From assembly GCA_965112735.1 (NCBI GenBank), contig OZ218959.1, positions 1,240,001-1,304,000 of the forward strand: DNA of 64,000 bases, given 5' to 3'. This DNA comes from Phaeosaccion multiseriatum (Eukaryota > Protista > Ochrophyta, other classes). A program made the position numbers and the translations under genes. The notes under the pieces were generated by a model. It saw only the letters and a list, made by a program, of their open reading frames with translations, was not told the origin of the DNA and ran no database searches. Below are positions 47,844 to 60,278 of this stretch, in pieces. How positions within the stretch are numbered: the first letter of the stretch is position 1; each line of letters begins with the position of its first letter.

Positions 47844-49502
47844 GCGTGTGAGTGTGTGTGTAAGAGAGAGTGCGTGCATTTGTGTGAGAGAGAGAAGAGA
47901 GAACGTGTGTGATTACGTGTGTATGTGAGAGAGAGTGTGTGCGCGTGTGACACGACAACATGGCAAGCAGCGGACAAGCGAGAAAAAGTACTGTGTTGGG
48001 AGATGGATTTGAACATGTGTTGGTGCGGAGAGTCCTCTCTCTGTAAGGGTGCCTGCGGGCTTACCTGCTTGCCCTCGTGAGTGAACCGGAATGTGATGCA
48101 CTTCACCCCCGTATATACCTTCAAAGAGAGAGGACGTACACACACAGAGAGAGGGAATGAGAAACAGAGAACCGAAGCGTCCGAGTCGGAGCGACCAACG
48201 CATGTGGATATGCTCCCCTCCCTCGGGTGGGACAAGGGGCACGTGCGAGATGAGTGACAACAACCTCGTCGAAGAACCAACAGGTGCACCTTCGCTGACC
48301 TGAAGGCATGTGCTGAGAAGGAAGATAAGCGCCAGGAGGAAGCCTTTGTTCTTCTCCGCCCGAGCCTTGAGCCCCTCCATGCCTGCGTTGGCCATGTCCT
48401 CCGGCGAGTCCTGAGATGAGTGGATGGTGATGAGTGGATGGCGATGAGTGGATGACGATGAGTGGATGGCGATGAGTGGATGGCGATGAGTGGATGGCGA
48501 TGAGTGGATGGCGATGAGTGGATGGCGAGGAGAGCTCTCGAACGATGGACGAAAAGAGAGACAAAAGACGGATGGCGGCATACAGGCAACCAGGACCGGA
48601 CTTGGACACCGGCTTTCTCGCTACTGGTGTGGCAGAGCACTCATACGCGTTGAATTCGTTGCACCGCTATACCGCACCTCATCCTCTTCGTCTTGTTTGT
48701 TGCCGTCTCCCCCCTCAGCATCATCGTCATCCTCATCCTCCAGCACGAGCAAGGGAGTGCGAAGACCGCCGCCCTCACCACCGCTCCGGCCGGCCCCCTC
48801 ACTACTGCTGCCGCCTTCGTACTGCAGCCACGCAAACACCCGTGCCAACACTCCCTTCTTCCTCTTGTTCTTCTTGTTCCTTCTCTCCCTCGCTGACACC
48901 GCCCCTGCTGCGACGTCAACGTCCACGCCCTCGGGTGGTTTGCACTTGAAGACTGCAAGGGCAGCGATGAGAGGCATGGCCGTGATGCGGAAGAGTGTGA
49001 GCAGCAGTACGTCCGCTGCGTCGTTCTCGAAGCCGTCCTTGGCAAAGAGGTTGGCGAAGATGCCCAGGGGGCTGAAGGCTGCGTGTTTGGTTTGCGAGAT
49101 GAATTAAAAGGAAAGGAAGGAGGGAGGAGAGGGAAGCGATGACGCAGCCGTAGGGTAGGACGGCCACGAGTAGAGTAGAATTTGGTGTCATAAGAGCACA
49201 TGACCAAGCAAGCACTGGGATAGTTTCACCTCCGCATCCCACCGAAACCCGAAGCTTCTCCCACCCTTCCTACCCTGCCATCTGTCTCTTTACCCCTCTA
49301 TCCCCCCCTCCCCCTCATCCACATGTTCCTCACCGTGCCATCTCCACTGGTGCATCCCGCCATAGAGCACGAAGGCGCACAAGAGGTCGGCGAGCGCGAC
49401 AGTCACGGCCAAGTAGATGAGTATCATCCGATTGTTATTCTTATTCCCCCCTCCATACTCGCCCAGGGCCTCCAGAAAGCCCACGCGAATAGCGTCCCCC
49501 AT
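43047..49502 (-). CDS. ABCB half-transporter (TAP/ABCB9/ABCB10-like) with extra N-terminal TM region and a Cys/His zinc finger, about 12 exons
   Basis: Walker [11 protein letters not shown]-loop VSQ, signature [13 protein letters not shown], Walker [14 protein letters not shown]-loop VAHRLST, and TMD motifs [14 protein letters not shown] and NIRTVKAF. Confidence 0.93.
48416..48527. repeat. 14-bp intronic minisatellite GATGAGTGGATGGC, about 8 copies
   Basis: Directly visible. Confidence 0.95.
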
Positions 49503-49773
49503 GTTGCTGCTGCTTCGCGATGGATAGCGCAGCTGCGGAGGTGTGCTTCACGATTCAAGATCACGAACCGGTTGGAAGGGCTTGCTGTAACAAGTTTTGA
49601 CCTGCTCTGGATCCTGGTTCTACGGATCGAGTCGCACCCTCAGGTGACTTCGAGCGAAAGCTTTCCTTCTCGCTATCGTCCCCGATCCCGTCAGACAGCA
49701 CACATGGCTGCAGAGAGAACAAATGGAGAAGCCGAGGGAAACGCGGGAGGGGTGCAATAATTAAGTCAGCAGA

Positions 49774-49793
49774 GTTACGTAACCCTTACGTGG
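49774..49793. promoter_or_regulatory. GTTACGTAAC palindrome plus TTACGTGG (paired ACGT sites) in the divergent ABCB/NOP58 promoter
   Basis: TTACGTAA at 49775-49782 and TTACGTGG at 49786-49793, between ATG 49502(-) and ATG 49914(+). Confidence 0.45.
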
Positions 49794-49913
49794 AGTGGGG
49801 AAGGATGTGGATGGCGGCAGCGAGTTTCGTGCCTCTTCTTGCCACAGGAAGCTCCACTCTTTACGAACACTTGTATAGGACGCTGTACCGGCAGACAGCA
49901 GCAGCAGTCCACC

Positions 49914-50799
49914 ATGCTCGTGCTCTTCGAGACGCCGGCAGGCTATGCCCTGTTCAAGGTAAGAGTTGGATCTGAAGGGAGAGGACGGAGAGAGAAAGAA
50001 ACCAGAAAGTGCCGAGGCGCATAGCACTGCACCTGGGCTGGAAGCGCATAACCTATACAGGTCTTCGCGTTATTCGATCATGGACTCGTGTGACGCCCCC
50101 TCCCCCTTTTGTAGCCAGCGTTTTGTAGCCTGCATTTTGCAATGGCACACATCTCGTATCGTTGGCTTTGCTGTGGACTGCGCGTGCTCCTCGTGTGGCC
50201 ATGGGAGCGTATACGGAGGTTACTCTCTCCACCCTGGCATTAATCACTCCTCACTGCCTGCGGAAGCCGCACCTTCTCCCGCTGCTGCTGATGCACTGGC
50301 CTCTTCTCTCGCACCCTTGGGCATGCCTCCTCCTCCTCGAGGTCCACATCCCCCGCCCCGACCTCCAATCCTAATTACACCCCGTCTGTTCTCTCGCGCA
50401 CTGCACTGCGCTGCTTGTGTACTACTACTACTGCTGCTACAGGTGTCTGACGAGGGCAAGGTCTCTGGCGCGACGGACCTGTACAAGGACTTTGCCACGC
50501 CAGAGAAGGCGGCGGACATGGTCAAGCTCAAGGCCTTCAGCGCCTTTGATGACACCACCGATGCAGTGGCGGTAAGGAAACAAAGACTTAACACGTGCTA
50601 GGGCCAAGTCAGCCGGCCTGTGTCGTGTGCACGGAGCATGCGTCTGGGGGTGGACCAAGGACTTACCCATCCTCTCCGTTGCTGTTGTGAGGTGGTGCCT
50701 TGCGCTCTAGGTTGTTCGTCCTGCTGCTATCTGGCTAACCTTACTCAGCTCGCGTGTATATATATATATTATATGTATTTACGTACACACTCATTCATT

Positions 50800-50843
<44 letters not shown>

Positions 50844-52319
50844 TGGTATGGGGCACACAGGCTTCCGCGGACATGATTGAGGGCAAAATGTCCAAGTCCC
50901 TGAAGAAGTTCCTGACTAAGAACATCGTCAAGAGTTCTCTCAAGGACAAGCTCGCTGTGGCGGACTCCAAGCTCGGCAACGCCATTAAGGACAAGCTCGA
51001 AATCCCGTAAGTGCAGTACGATAAGACAACGTGTGGTCAATCAAGCCCCTCTCTCAAGCCCCTCTCCATCCGGGAAGAGTGCGCTGCTGCTTGGACAGGC
51101 TGCTGGCTGCCGTGTCTTCGCTTGCCAGCCTTGCCCTTCGTACGTACCTTCTCCTCCTCTCCCTTGTCTCTCTCCTCTCTCTGTCTCCATCTCTCTTTCT
51201 CTCTCTCTGACCCCCCTTCTCTCTCCTCCTCCGTGTCTTACTCTCCCTCGCTACCATGCGTGCCTCTGTGCGTGCTCTGCTTGCCGTACCCACACACACC
51301 ACACCAACCCCCAACACACAACCGCAACACCAACCAACCAACCAACCAACCAACCAACCCACCAACCAACCAGCTGCATAGCCGACGCCTCTGTGAACGA
51401 GCTCATGCGTGGCATCCGCACGCAGCTCGAGACCCTCCTGCACGGCGTGGGCGACGAGAACCTCAAGGCCATGCGCCTTGGTTTGAGTCACTCGCTGTCT
51501 AGGTATAAGCTCAAGTTTAGCGCAGACAAGGTGGATACGATGATCGTGCAGGCCATCGGGCTCTTGGACGAGCTCGACAAGGAGGTTAACATATATGCCA
51601 TGCGCGTGAGGGAGTGGTACGGATGGCACTTTCCAGAAATGGCCAAGGTGAGGCGGCACAGGGAGGGGGGAGGAAAGGAGGAGGAGGACGAGGAGGGAAT
51701 GCGAGGTCTATGGTAGCACAACGTTCCGTGGGTACACTTAGTCTTCTTCCTTTTTCCTCCCCCCCCGGAAAGAGGCTCTTCTTGCTGCGTCCTTCTCATG
51801 CCATGCCCTTGTCGTGTGGTGTCGTCTCCCTCCCCATTCCCTTCCGTCTTCAGGTGCTCAACGACAACATGCACTATGCAAAGTGCGTCATTAAGATGGG
51901 AACGAGAGATAACGTACGTAACGGTAACAACAACAACGCAATAGTAACATGCCCAACCCCCCGCTGCGTTCGCCTCTTCGATACAGCAGCACCCGATATC
52001 CAATCTGCTCTTTCCTCCTCCCTCTCTCCTGCCCCTCTTTTCCGTCTATTTTGTTCCAACCCCTTTTCGACCTTCCACACCCCGACACCCCCCCCCTTTT
52101 TCTCAATCCCTAGGCCAAGAACTGTGACTTCAGCGCCATCATTGGCGACGACTCCATCGAGGCGGACTTGAAGGAGGTGGCGGAGGTGTCCATGGGCACA
52201 GAGATCACAGAGGGTGACGTCATTAGCATCAAAGCACTCGCAGAGCAGGTGCGGCAGGAGGGAGGGAGGGAGGGAGGGAGGGGGGCGCTGGCAGGCAAGC
52301 GTACGGACCTACGGACGGG

Positions 52320-52354
<35 letters not shown>

Positions 52355-54483
52355 ACAGGCAGGCAGACAGGCAGGCAGGCAGGCAGGCAGGCAGGACACG
52401 GAGGGGGCGGTGGGGGCAGTGCTATGCATGCAATGAAGTGAGCACGCGCGGAAGCACCTCCGCGGCTGGAGAGGAGGGTGGACTCAATTCAGCTCTCTCG
52501 AGTTGTTGTTGGGGGTGCGGCTGGCTGTCTGCGCCTGTCCTTGCCCAAAGCAGCAGCAGCGATAGCAGTGAGCATCAACAACCGAAGGATGGATGGCACA
52601 AAGTGGTGACACAAAGTGGTTTGCTTTTTGTGGAGCGGATGCGGTATCGTGTCCACCTCCAGCGAGCGGACCGCCGAGTTATCCCCATCTCCCTCTCCGT
52701 TAGCTTAGCTCGTCTGCTTCTCCTGCTACCCTCCGCCTAACCACCCTCCTCCATCCTCCACCCTAACCCCGACCCTTCCTCTCTCCTCCTCCCTTCCTCC
52801 GTCCCTTCCTTCCTCTCTCCCTCCCCCCCCCCCTGTTAGGTGGTGTCTCTAAGCGAGTACCGCATCCAGCTGTTCGATTACCTCAAGAACCGCATGAATG
52901 CCATCGCCCCTAACCTGACCATCATGGTGGGGGAACTTGTGGGGGCAAGGCTCATTGCCCACTCAGGGAGCTTGCTCAACCTCGCCAAGCAGCCGGCGTC
53001 GACGGTACAGGTGAGGTATCGTAACAGCGAAAGCAGTTGGTGATAAATCCAGCGGGAGTGCTGTCGTGTGGCTGTCCTGTGCCTGTCCTTCACCCTCCGC
53101 TTGCTTGCAATGAATGCCTCTGACCTGGACCCAACTCCCACCCCCCCCCCCCCAATCAACTCAACTGAAACTCACATACATACGTACGTACTGTTTACTG
53201 TTGATATACTCACCCATACATAAGATTCTGGGCGCGGAGAAGGCCTTGTTCCGAGCGCTCAAAACGAAGAACGACACACCCAAGTACGGACTCATCTACC
53301 ACGCCTCCATCATCGGTCAGACCGCCCCCAAGAGCAAGGGAAAGATCTCCCGAGTGCTTGCGGCCAAGTGCGCTCTGGCCATCCGAGTGGACGCGCTGGG
53401 AGAGACGGATGATACGACCGTGGGCATGGAGGGGAGGGCCAAGGTGAGAAGAGGAGAAGCAAGACGAGAGGCGCGAGAGGGAGCCGAGTAGAGCGACTGA
53501 GAGAGACTGCGATAGAGAATGCGTGCGAGCAGGGGAAGGAGGGTTTTTCCGTTTTCCCCCTCCCCAACCACTCCACTCCCACTCGCACACACAAAGCCCG
53601 TCTGTGGTATAGACTGACTGACTCTTACTTCCACCGTGCTCTGACCCCCTCTCTTGTGTTCCCTACCCCACCCCCTCTTGCTCCCCCCCCCCCCCCCCCA
53701 CACACACACACGCGCTTTGTCTGTCTCATGCTTGGTCCGCCCCTCTGTCTTCTGCTCTGGCCACCACCAGGTGGAGGCCCGAGTGCGTCAGCTTGAGGGA
53801 GGGGGGCCGGCTGCCGTGCTGGGTAGCGCCAAGAAGGGGGCGGCGGCGAGTAAGGCCAAGGTGATTAAGAAGTACGACTCCAAGGCGGCTGTGGAGACAG
53901 CCCCAGCGGCCTACAACCCCGCGGAGGATATGCCCCAGGCCAAGGAGGAGAAGAAGGATAAGTCGGCAAAGAAGAAGGTGGGTGAAGAAGCAAGCGAGGG
54001 CTGACCGCGTTGTTGTTGTGTGCGTGTTTATGTGCAGCTTGGACGTAATGCTGTATCAAGAGTGTGAATTTGAAGAGAGAAGTGCCGTTTCGTTTCGTTT
54101 CGTTTCCGTGGATGCTCTGATGGTAGTGAGTGGGTAAGCAGTGGGGTTTCTGTGCCCCGGGTCGGTTGGACGTGGCTGCATTTATTGATGGCATCACTCA
54201 TGTATCTGTGTTGACGCTTGCTTCTGCTCCCTACCGTCATGTACCTTTGCTTGCCTACCCACACCAACAGAAGCGTAAGGCAGAGACGCAAGACGTAGAG
54301 GAGGGAGAGGAAGGCACCAACGGGCAGGCAGCAGAGGACGGAGAGGCAAAGAAGGAAAAGAAGAGCAAAAAGAAGAAGAGCAAGAAGGACGACGAGGAGG
54401 GGTCAGCAGCACCAGCAGTAGTAGTAGCAGAAGAGGGAGAGAAGAAGGAGAAGAAGAAGAAGAAGAAGAAGTCCAAGGAGTAG
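49914..54483 (+). CDS. NOP58: Nucleolar protein 58 (box C/D snoRNP core), about 10 exons
   Basis: [15 protein letters not shown]; NOP58-type [27 protein letters not shown]; [10 protein letters not shown]; [18 protein letters not shown]; [19 protein letters not shown]; KKE-rich tail. Confidence 0.96.
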
Positions 54484-54839
54484 TGCGCACCCTTGCACCT
54501 TTGAAGGCAGGGGCATGTGTGTGCATGTGATGGTGGTAGAGCGAGGTTAATGGTTGGCCAAGTGGTGTGGAGGTGAGCGGGCGAGCCTTAGAGGCGAGCT
54601 ACAGCTATAGAAACACTGAGTCCAGTGACAGTGGAGGGCTGACGCTTTGGAGTTGTGAGGGGTTGTGCTGGCGTACTCCACTCTACCTCAATCCGCTTCA
54701 CGGCAGCTGTATATAGTCTAGTATTTTTTTCCATTGCAATTTGCTCTGCTTTCCAACGCGAAGAAGTGCTCGTTGTTCACGTGTTGGTCATACAATTCCA
54801 CTTACTCAACCCAGCAGGCAGCTTTCTCTCTTCGGGAAT

Positions 54840-55789
54840 ATGCCGGATATTGCTGAGTCTACGGTCTCTGGCGGAGTCGCTGCTGTGCCTATGGAACAGA
54901 AGCAGGTCCGTCCAGGTTATACACTCCCTCCCTCCCCTCGTCTTTATTAACTCTGCTTCCTTGCGCGCTTCTGCGCCACTCTTGCTCCAGGCAGAGCCAG
55001 AAGCCAAGGTGACGCTATTGTTTGATCTGGACGGCACGCTCTACCCCCAGAGCAATGGCTACACCAAGGTGTGACGAAGAGACACGGGGGGAAGAGAGGA
55101 TCCTCTGAGGTTGTGTGTCCCTTTGCTGCTCCCGCCTCTAATGTCCACCGTCATTGGGCGGATGCCCTGAGATTCGCCCCCGGCGCTCCTGTATATTGCC
55201 TCTCGCGTATCTCACGCGGCACACAGGTCCTTCGGCGGAAGATGTTTGCCTATATGACCGAGAAGCTTGGAATGGGGGAGAATCCAGAGCTGGTGTGGAA
55301 GCCTCTGTTTGCCAAGTACAACCAAACCTTGCGCTCCCTCAAAGCCGGAGGATATCAGGTGAGGTTCCATGGTACATGCTTACTTTCCCCAAAGAGGTTG
55401 TACTTGCTACTCGATGTCTTGAGTCCCATTACCTCGCGAACTGGGCCCCGTAAGACTTTGGGGCTTGACTTCCTGCCTGTAGACGTCGGGGTGCGACTAG
55501 CGAACCCCCTGTAGGAGGGAAGCCGAGCTTTCGTCTCATTCTCTTCGTCTCTTCTCCTCCGGTGGGGCCGCAGGTAGACGACGAGGAGTTTTGGAGAGTG
55601 ACTCGCGAGGGTGCTGAGCCGTACGTTAAGCCATGCCCGCCCGAGGTGAAGAGTACCCTGGAGAAGCTGGCAGCGTCGTCCAAAGTAAAGGAGATGCACA
55701 TCTTCACCAACTGTAATGAACTTGGTAGGTTGAGAGGAGAAGGAGAGAGACAGAGAGAACGGGAGAGAGCGAGAGAGAGAGAGGTGGAG

Positions 55790-55832
<43 letters not shown>

Positions 55833-56717
55833 AGGAGAGAGGAGAGAGAGACAAGAAAAAGGGAGGGCCACGCGCGCGGCGTCACCACGGTCCGTGCGCC
55901 CATGCAAGGGGTCTTCCAGGGGGGGGGCGCATCATCACCAAGGTGGCCTTCCAAGTGCAAATGCAACGTGTGTTTGATCTCACGGGGCAGCCCGCTCGAC
56001 TAATGGTGTGCTCGTTGCCTCCTCCTCTCCTCTCGCCCCCCCACTCTCATCGGCGCTCGCTTACTTCAGAGGCGAAGCAGCTGCTGCAAGTGCTGGGCCT
56101 GAGCCATCTCTTCAGCAAAGTGTACGGGGCAGCCTTCATGGGCGACTGCTGCAAACCCGAAAAGAGCGCCTTCGACCTTGTGTTGGGCGACCTTGGCATC
56201 ACGGCCGAGCAGGTGCAGTAGTGCATACGGTGCTTCGCTTCCCTTGTACTCGGCGCAAGGCCTTGGTGGGCGCATGCGAACACTCTCTCTTGTATTGGTG
56301 CACAGCCTGGCAAGGAAGTAGAGTCTTGTCACTACTTTACGACACTTCACTACAACTACTCTACTACTCTAGACGAGACCAAGAGCCCCCTTTCCCGTAC
56401 AGCACAACAGCACACGGCACGCCCGCCCGCCAACGCCTCTCGCTTACACCTTCCTCACCCTCACCCCCACCCCCACCCGTCCTCTTGTCCTGTATTAGGT
56501 ATGTTTTTTCGAAGACTCGTACAAGAACCTTGTGACTGCCAATGAGATGGGGATGAAGACCGTGCTCGTGACCAGCGTCACTTTGGAGGAGGAGGGCGTG
56601 CAAGAGGCCCAATTGGCCCTTGTGAGTGCCGTCATTAGGAAGGATGTAGGAATCACCGAGGAGGAGCTTCGGCCCCAGCTTCCAGAGCTGTTTGAAGTCC
56701 AAGGGTACATAAAGTGA
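54840..56717 (+). CDS. HAD-superfamily hydrolase, pyrimidine 5'-nucleotidase (SDT1/SSM1-like), about 6 exons
   Basis: Motif I LLFDLDGTLYP, motif II IFTN, motif III CCKPE, motif IV FFEDSYKNL..GMKTVLV. Confidence 0.88.
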
Positions 56718-57015
56718 GATTAGTAAGCTCATGAGGAGGAGAAGAAAAATATGTCAAGAACGTTTCACAATTCCTCCTCCTGAACCCCGGGTCTTAAATC
56801 CCCCCTCCCGCGCTTTCTTGCATCGGCAACTTCTGTGAGCACGTGTCTTCTCTGAGTGCGTTGGCAGGGGAGGCGGCCTTCCACTTTTTTGCCGACGTCC
56901 TCGATGACCTCGTGAGCCATAGGAGAGCAGGGGGGATCCAAGGAATGTGTGCGCTTCTGGCGTGCTGGGGCGAGAGGCGGCTTTGTGGAGGCTTTCTACG
57001 ACAAAGGAGAGGCTA

Positions 57016-58143
57016 ATGTCTGCATGCACGCTGGCATGCGGCGACGAGGCGGCCGCGACCTTTGGCCTCACGAACCGGGCCCACGGCGTGTGCAACGAAG
57101 CCACAGGCACTTGTTCTGACTGCGGGGACGGATTCTACGACAAGAACTTGGTTGGAGAGAGTGCTTGCGTGGCCAAGGCGTATATAAATGCTCCCGAGAT
57201 GGTATTGCTAATCATCCTTGCCGTCCACCTGGCCGATATTGTGTTCGTCCTCGGAAGACACGTACGGCGGAAGGGCGGCTTGAGGACATTGCTCCTGGAG
57301 ACGAAGAAGGGTGCCGCGCAAACCAGACTGATAGGGGCACTCCTTTGCTTCTCGTATTCTATGGTGGCGCTGTTGATACCTCTCCGAAGGTCATGTACTG
57401 GTGCGACAGCGCCGATGGGCAATGCTTTGGCCTGGTGGTCTAATGGAGTGGGATTGTGGTGCAGCATCATAAACGGGTGGGTGGTTGTTCGCCTCTGGAT
57501 TGGTGCCTTACCGCGGAGCCTTCTGTCTCGCACACCTACCGTACGCCATCTTCGGGACTTTGTGGAGGGTCGGTTTTTTATTCTCCTCGCTGCCATGGTA
57601 GTGCAGGGCTTGTCCACCTGTATTGTCCTCTTCATACATCCCAACTACATCACAACGTGGTACGCTGTAGCTCTCGCGCAGCCCGCTATGACCGCAAATG
57701 TTGGGGCTATTGTAGTCTCGACCACCTGCCTGTTGGGCCTTTTCAAGAGCATGCCCACACTCTCGCCGGACTTGTTGACGATCAAGACACAGTCTCAGCA
57801 TGTGCTGGGCCTTACATTCGCTCTCTGGGTGGGATCTGTCTTTGTGAATATCGTCACCCTCATTGAACCGATGAAGACGTGGTTGATGCAGCGACCTTCT
57901 GTGGCAATGGTTCTCGGCAGGTTTTTCCTTTTGAGCTGGGAATTGATATCCTTTTACTTCATTTTCAGAGGGCCGTTCGCTCGAAAGTCAGAGCCTTCGG
58001 ACGCCGGCCGCAGTTTCAATCGTGTTGTAGTCGCTCCTCGACGCAGCTCGAAGATTTCATCGTCAGCCAGCTCCCATCGCAAGGTGTTACCCGTACGATG
58101 GATGCCTCCTTCGGCTGTCTCTCGGCCTTCTGTGGCACCCTAA
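57016..58143 (+). CDS. Intronless multi-pass (about 7 TM) membrane protein with a Cys-rich EGF-like N-terminus; function unknown
   Basis: 398-aa open frame; HGVCNEATGTCSDCGDGFY is EGF/laminin-like; about 7 hydrophobic segments; Ser/Arg-rich tail. Start uncertain. Confidence 0.65.
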   Translation: MSACTLACGDEAAATFGLTNRAHGVCNEATGTCSDCGDGFYDKNLVGESACVAKAYINAPEMVLLIILAVHLADIVFVLGRHVRRKGGLRTLLLETKKGAAQTRLIGALLCFSYSMVALLIPLRRSCTGATAPMGNALAWWSNGVGLWCSIINGWVVVRLWIGALPRSLLSRTPTVRHLRDFVEGRFFILLAAMVVQGLSTCIVLFIHPNYITTWYAVALAQPAMTANVGAIVVSTTCLLGLFKSMPTLSPDLLTIKTQSQHVLGLTFALWVGSVFVNIVTLIEPMKTWLMQRPSVAMVLGRFFLLSWELISFYFIFRGPFARKSEPSDAGRSFNRVVVAPRRSSKISSSASSHRKVLPVRWMPPSAVSRPSVAP

Positions 58144-59487
58144 TCATGCTGATATGGTGGTCCGGAGGGGAGGGAAGAGCGAGGGGAGGTCGATGCCGGA
58201 GCACCTCCGCTCAGCGGTTACGATGCACGATCCATGCGCCGAGAGTCGGCCGCTGGGTAGATGCAAGCACAAACTGAGAGATAGAAGGCGAGCTCACTCG
58301 GCGAAGAGAAAGGGGGGGGGGGCTATGTGTTCATCTCTCCGCCTTACCGGCCTGGGTACAGGCAATTGCATGGAGGAGAGGGGGTCTTCCCAAGCATCCG
58401 CCACAGCAGAGCGCGAGGGAGCGGGAATGGACTGGGCAGGAGTGTCGTCTCGGCGGCCCGCGGGGCACGGCTTGTAGCCCTCTTGATCTGTGCCATCTGT
58501 TGGAAGAACCACTTAACTTCGTGATGGCATCGAGTAGGCACGCGCGCACACAAAGGCACAAGCCCGCACGCGCTCCGGCTCTACGCACACACAACACGTG
58601 CGAGCATCCATCCCCCTTTGGGGGCCCAAGTGCAGAGAGCTCAGAGCCCCATGTCACAAAACACAAAAACACTTTCAAATACAATCAAGCTACTTTCCAG
58701 CAAGCAAGCAGCAACTCAAGGTTATAAGAGAATAAAATGGCCCACTCTAGGGTTTCCCTCACAGTTCACTGCTTGCCCCCGCTGTTTGTCGCTTACCTCC
58801 TCTGGCGTTCCAGTAGTCGCGTATCGACCCTCTGTCACTACAGTCGTTTTCCTTGTTGCCGCACCACTGCCGGACTAACTACTTCCGCCCCTTCGACCCT
58901 GCGCATCTCCTTCGCTTCTGCCTATTTTGGCGTCTTTTCCTATGTGTTGGCTACTTGAATTAGTCTTGCAGCGCACACAAGCACGTACGCGTGAATAGAA
59001 CTTTTTTTCGGATCGCCCTGGGTTGGCTAGGGCTTAAAGGGTACCAGTGAGCTCGACCACGAGACTTAGCAGCGACTCGGAGAGGCGGCGACCATCGAAA
59101 CAGCTTGGGTCTGGCAAGCAGCCACTCACACGCCAACAGTGTATAGGGAACTGCACTGAGTTAATTTATCGGCGCTTGCGTGACGACTTGCAACAGCGCG
59201 AGAATGCTCGGCGCCGCACCTTCGTGTCGCCGGACCAGTGCGAACGAGCGCTCCAAGCACGAGGGGGGCTCCGAGCGGCTCTCTCTCTGGCATGCGTGGG
59301 TGCGTGCGTACGTGCATGCCGCAAAGCAGGTGTCCCCCGGGTCAATCCGGGGTATCCCTGCTTCACGGTACGCACCCATGCATGCACACCGGTAGGGCTT
59401 CGAGAGTCATGTGGGCGTGCGTGTGTTTGTGCATGGGTACTCCCGCCTCGACAACCGAGGTGCCGGTCCAGCCCTGTCCGTCTGTTT

Positions 59488-60278
59488 TCACGGGAGGCAC
59501 TGTATTCTCGCGCGGCTCTCCCCTCTGACGACTCTCTCGATCCCTGGGCGAATGTTCTCCAGGAGGATGAATCCGCGGTGGCGGGGTACGATATGCTTTC
59601 GGAAGGAGACGCGAAGAACACAGTCCCTGCCGACGGAGAGCGCAACCAAGCGGGGCGGTGCAGCAGAACATACAACGAGTGCCGCATCATCAGTGGCGAG
59701 GCACAGCCATGAAATAGCGGGTAGCACTCACCTCTCATCGAAGTCAACAGTCGCCCCGTCCGAGATGATTAAGTCGGGCAGCACGTAGGTTCTACTCATG
59801 CGTCGACAGCTCCTCTCTCGCAAGAGAAGCAACTGCCCCTCTGGCAGTGGCTCGAAGCGAGCTTCCACGGTGATAGTGAGCTCTCGGGTCCGCTCATTTA
59901 AGGTGACGCTGTGTGGACGTGGGTACACAGAGCGCGTCAGCCAAAGAAGCAAGCGCAGCTTGAGGCGGGGAGAACGCACGAGGCGGCGGAGTCAAGCGAG
60001 AGTGGAAGTGCCCAGTCGCTCGCTCCAGGGAAGACTAAAAGCCTAGGCGGGCCACGCCCATCTCGAGAGTCCTCTCACCTGATGTCCTCCATCCTGGCAT
60101 GCGGCATCTCGCAGCTGATGTGGACGCTGGAACGGAGCACCGAGTAGTCAGTCATCATTTCGGACTCGATGGGGAACGGCGCATCTTCCGGAGAGCTGAG
60201 CAACATGTCTGCCCAGTCCAGAGGCTCCTCCTCCCAGCCATGGCGGACGATTGCTCGACTGATCGATATGCGGACCAT
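59488..60278 (-). CDS. Divergent HSP20/alpha-crystallin-domain protein, copy 1; exons 60278-60079, 59908-59732 and 59626-59488
   Basis: Spliced product ..DYSVLRSSVHISCEMPHARMEDIS VTLNERTRELTITVE..MSRTYVLPD..ATVDFDER DCVLRVSFRK follows the ACD strand pattern; two phase-2 GT-AG introns restore the frame. Confidence 0.75.

Noticed and set aside
53039-53128. Possible intronic box C/D snoRNA in NOP58 (GTGATAA..CTGA)
   Set aside because: Box C is imperfect and coincides with the dispersed GTTGGTGATA motif, and I recognised no rRNA-complementary guide. It needs snoscan or Rfam.
59047-59712. 221-aa plus-strand ORF
   Set aside because: No recognisable motif; it overlaps HSP20 exon 3 antisense, and the duplicated segment does not preserve the frame.
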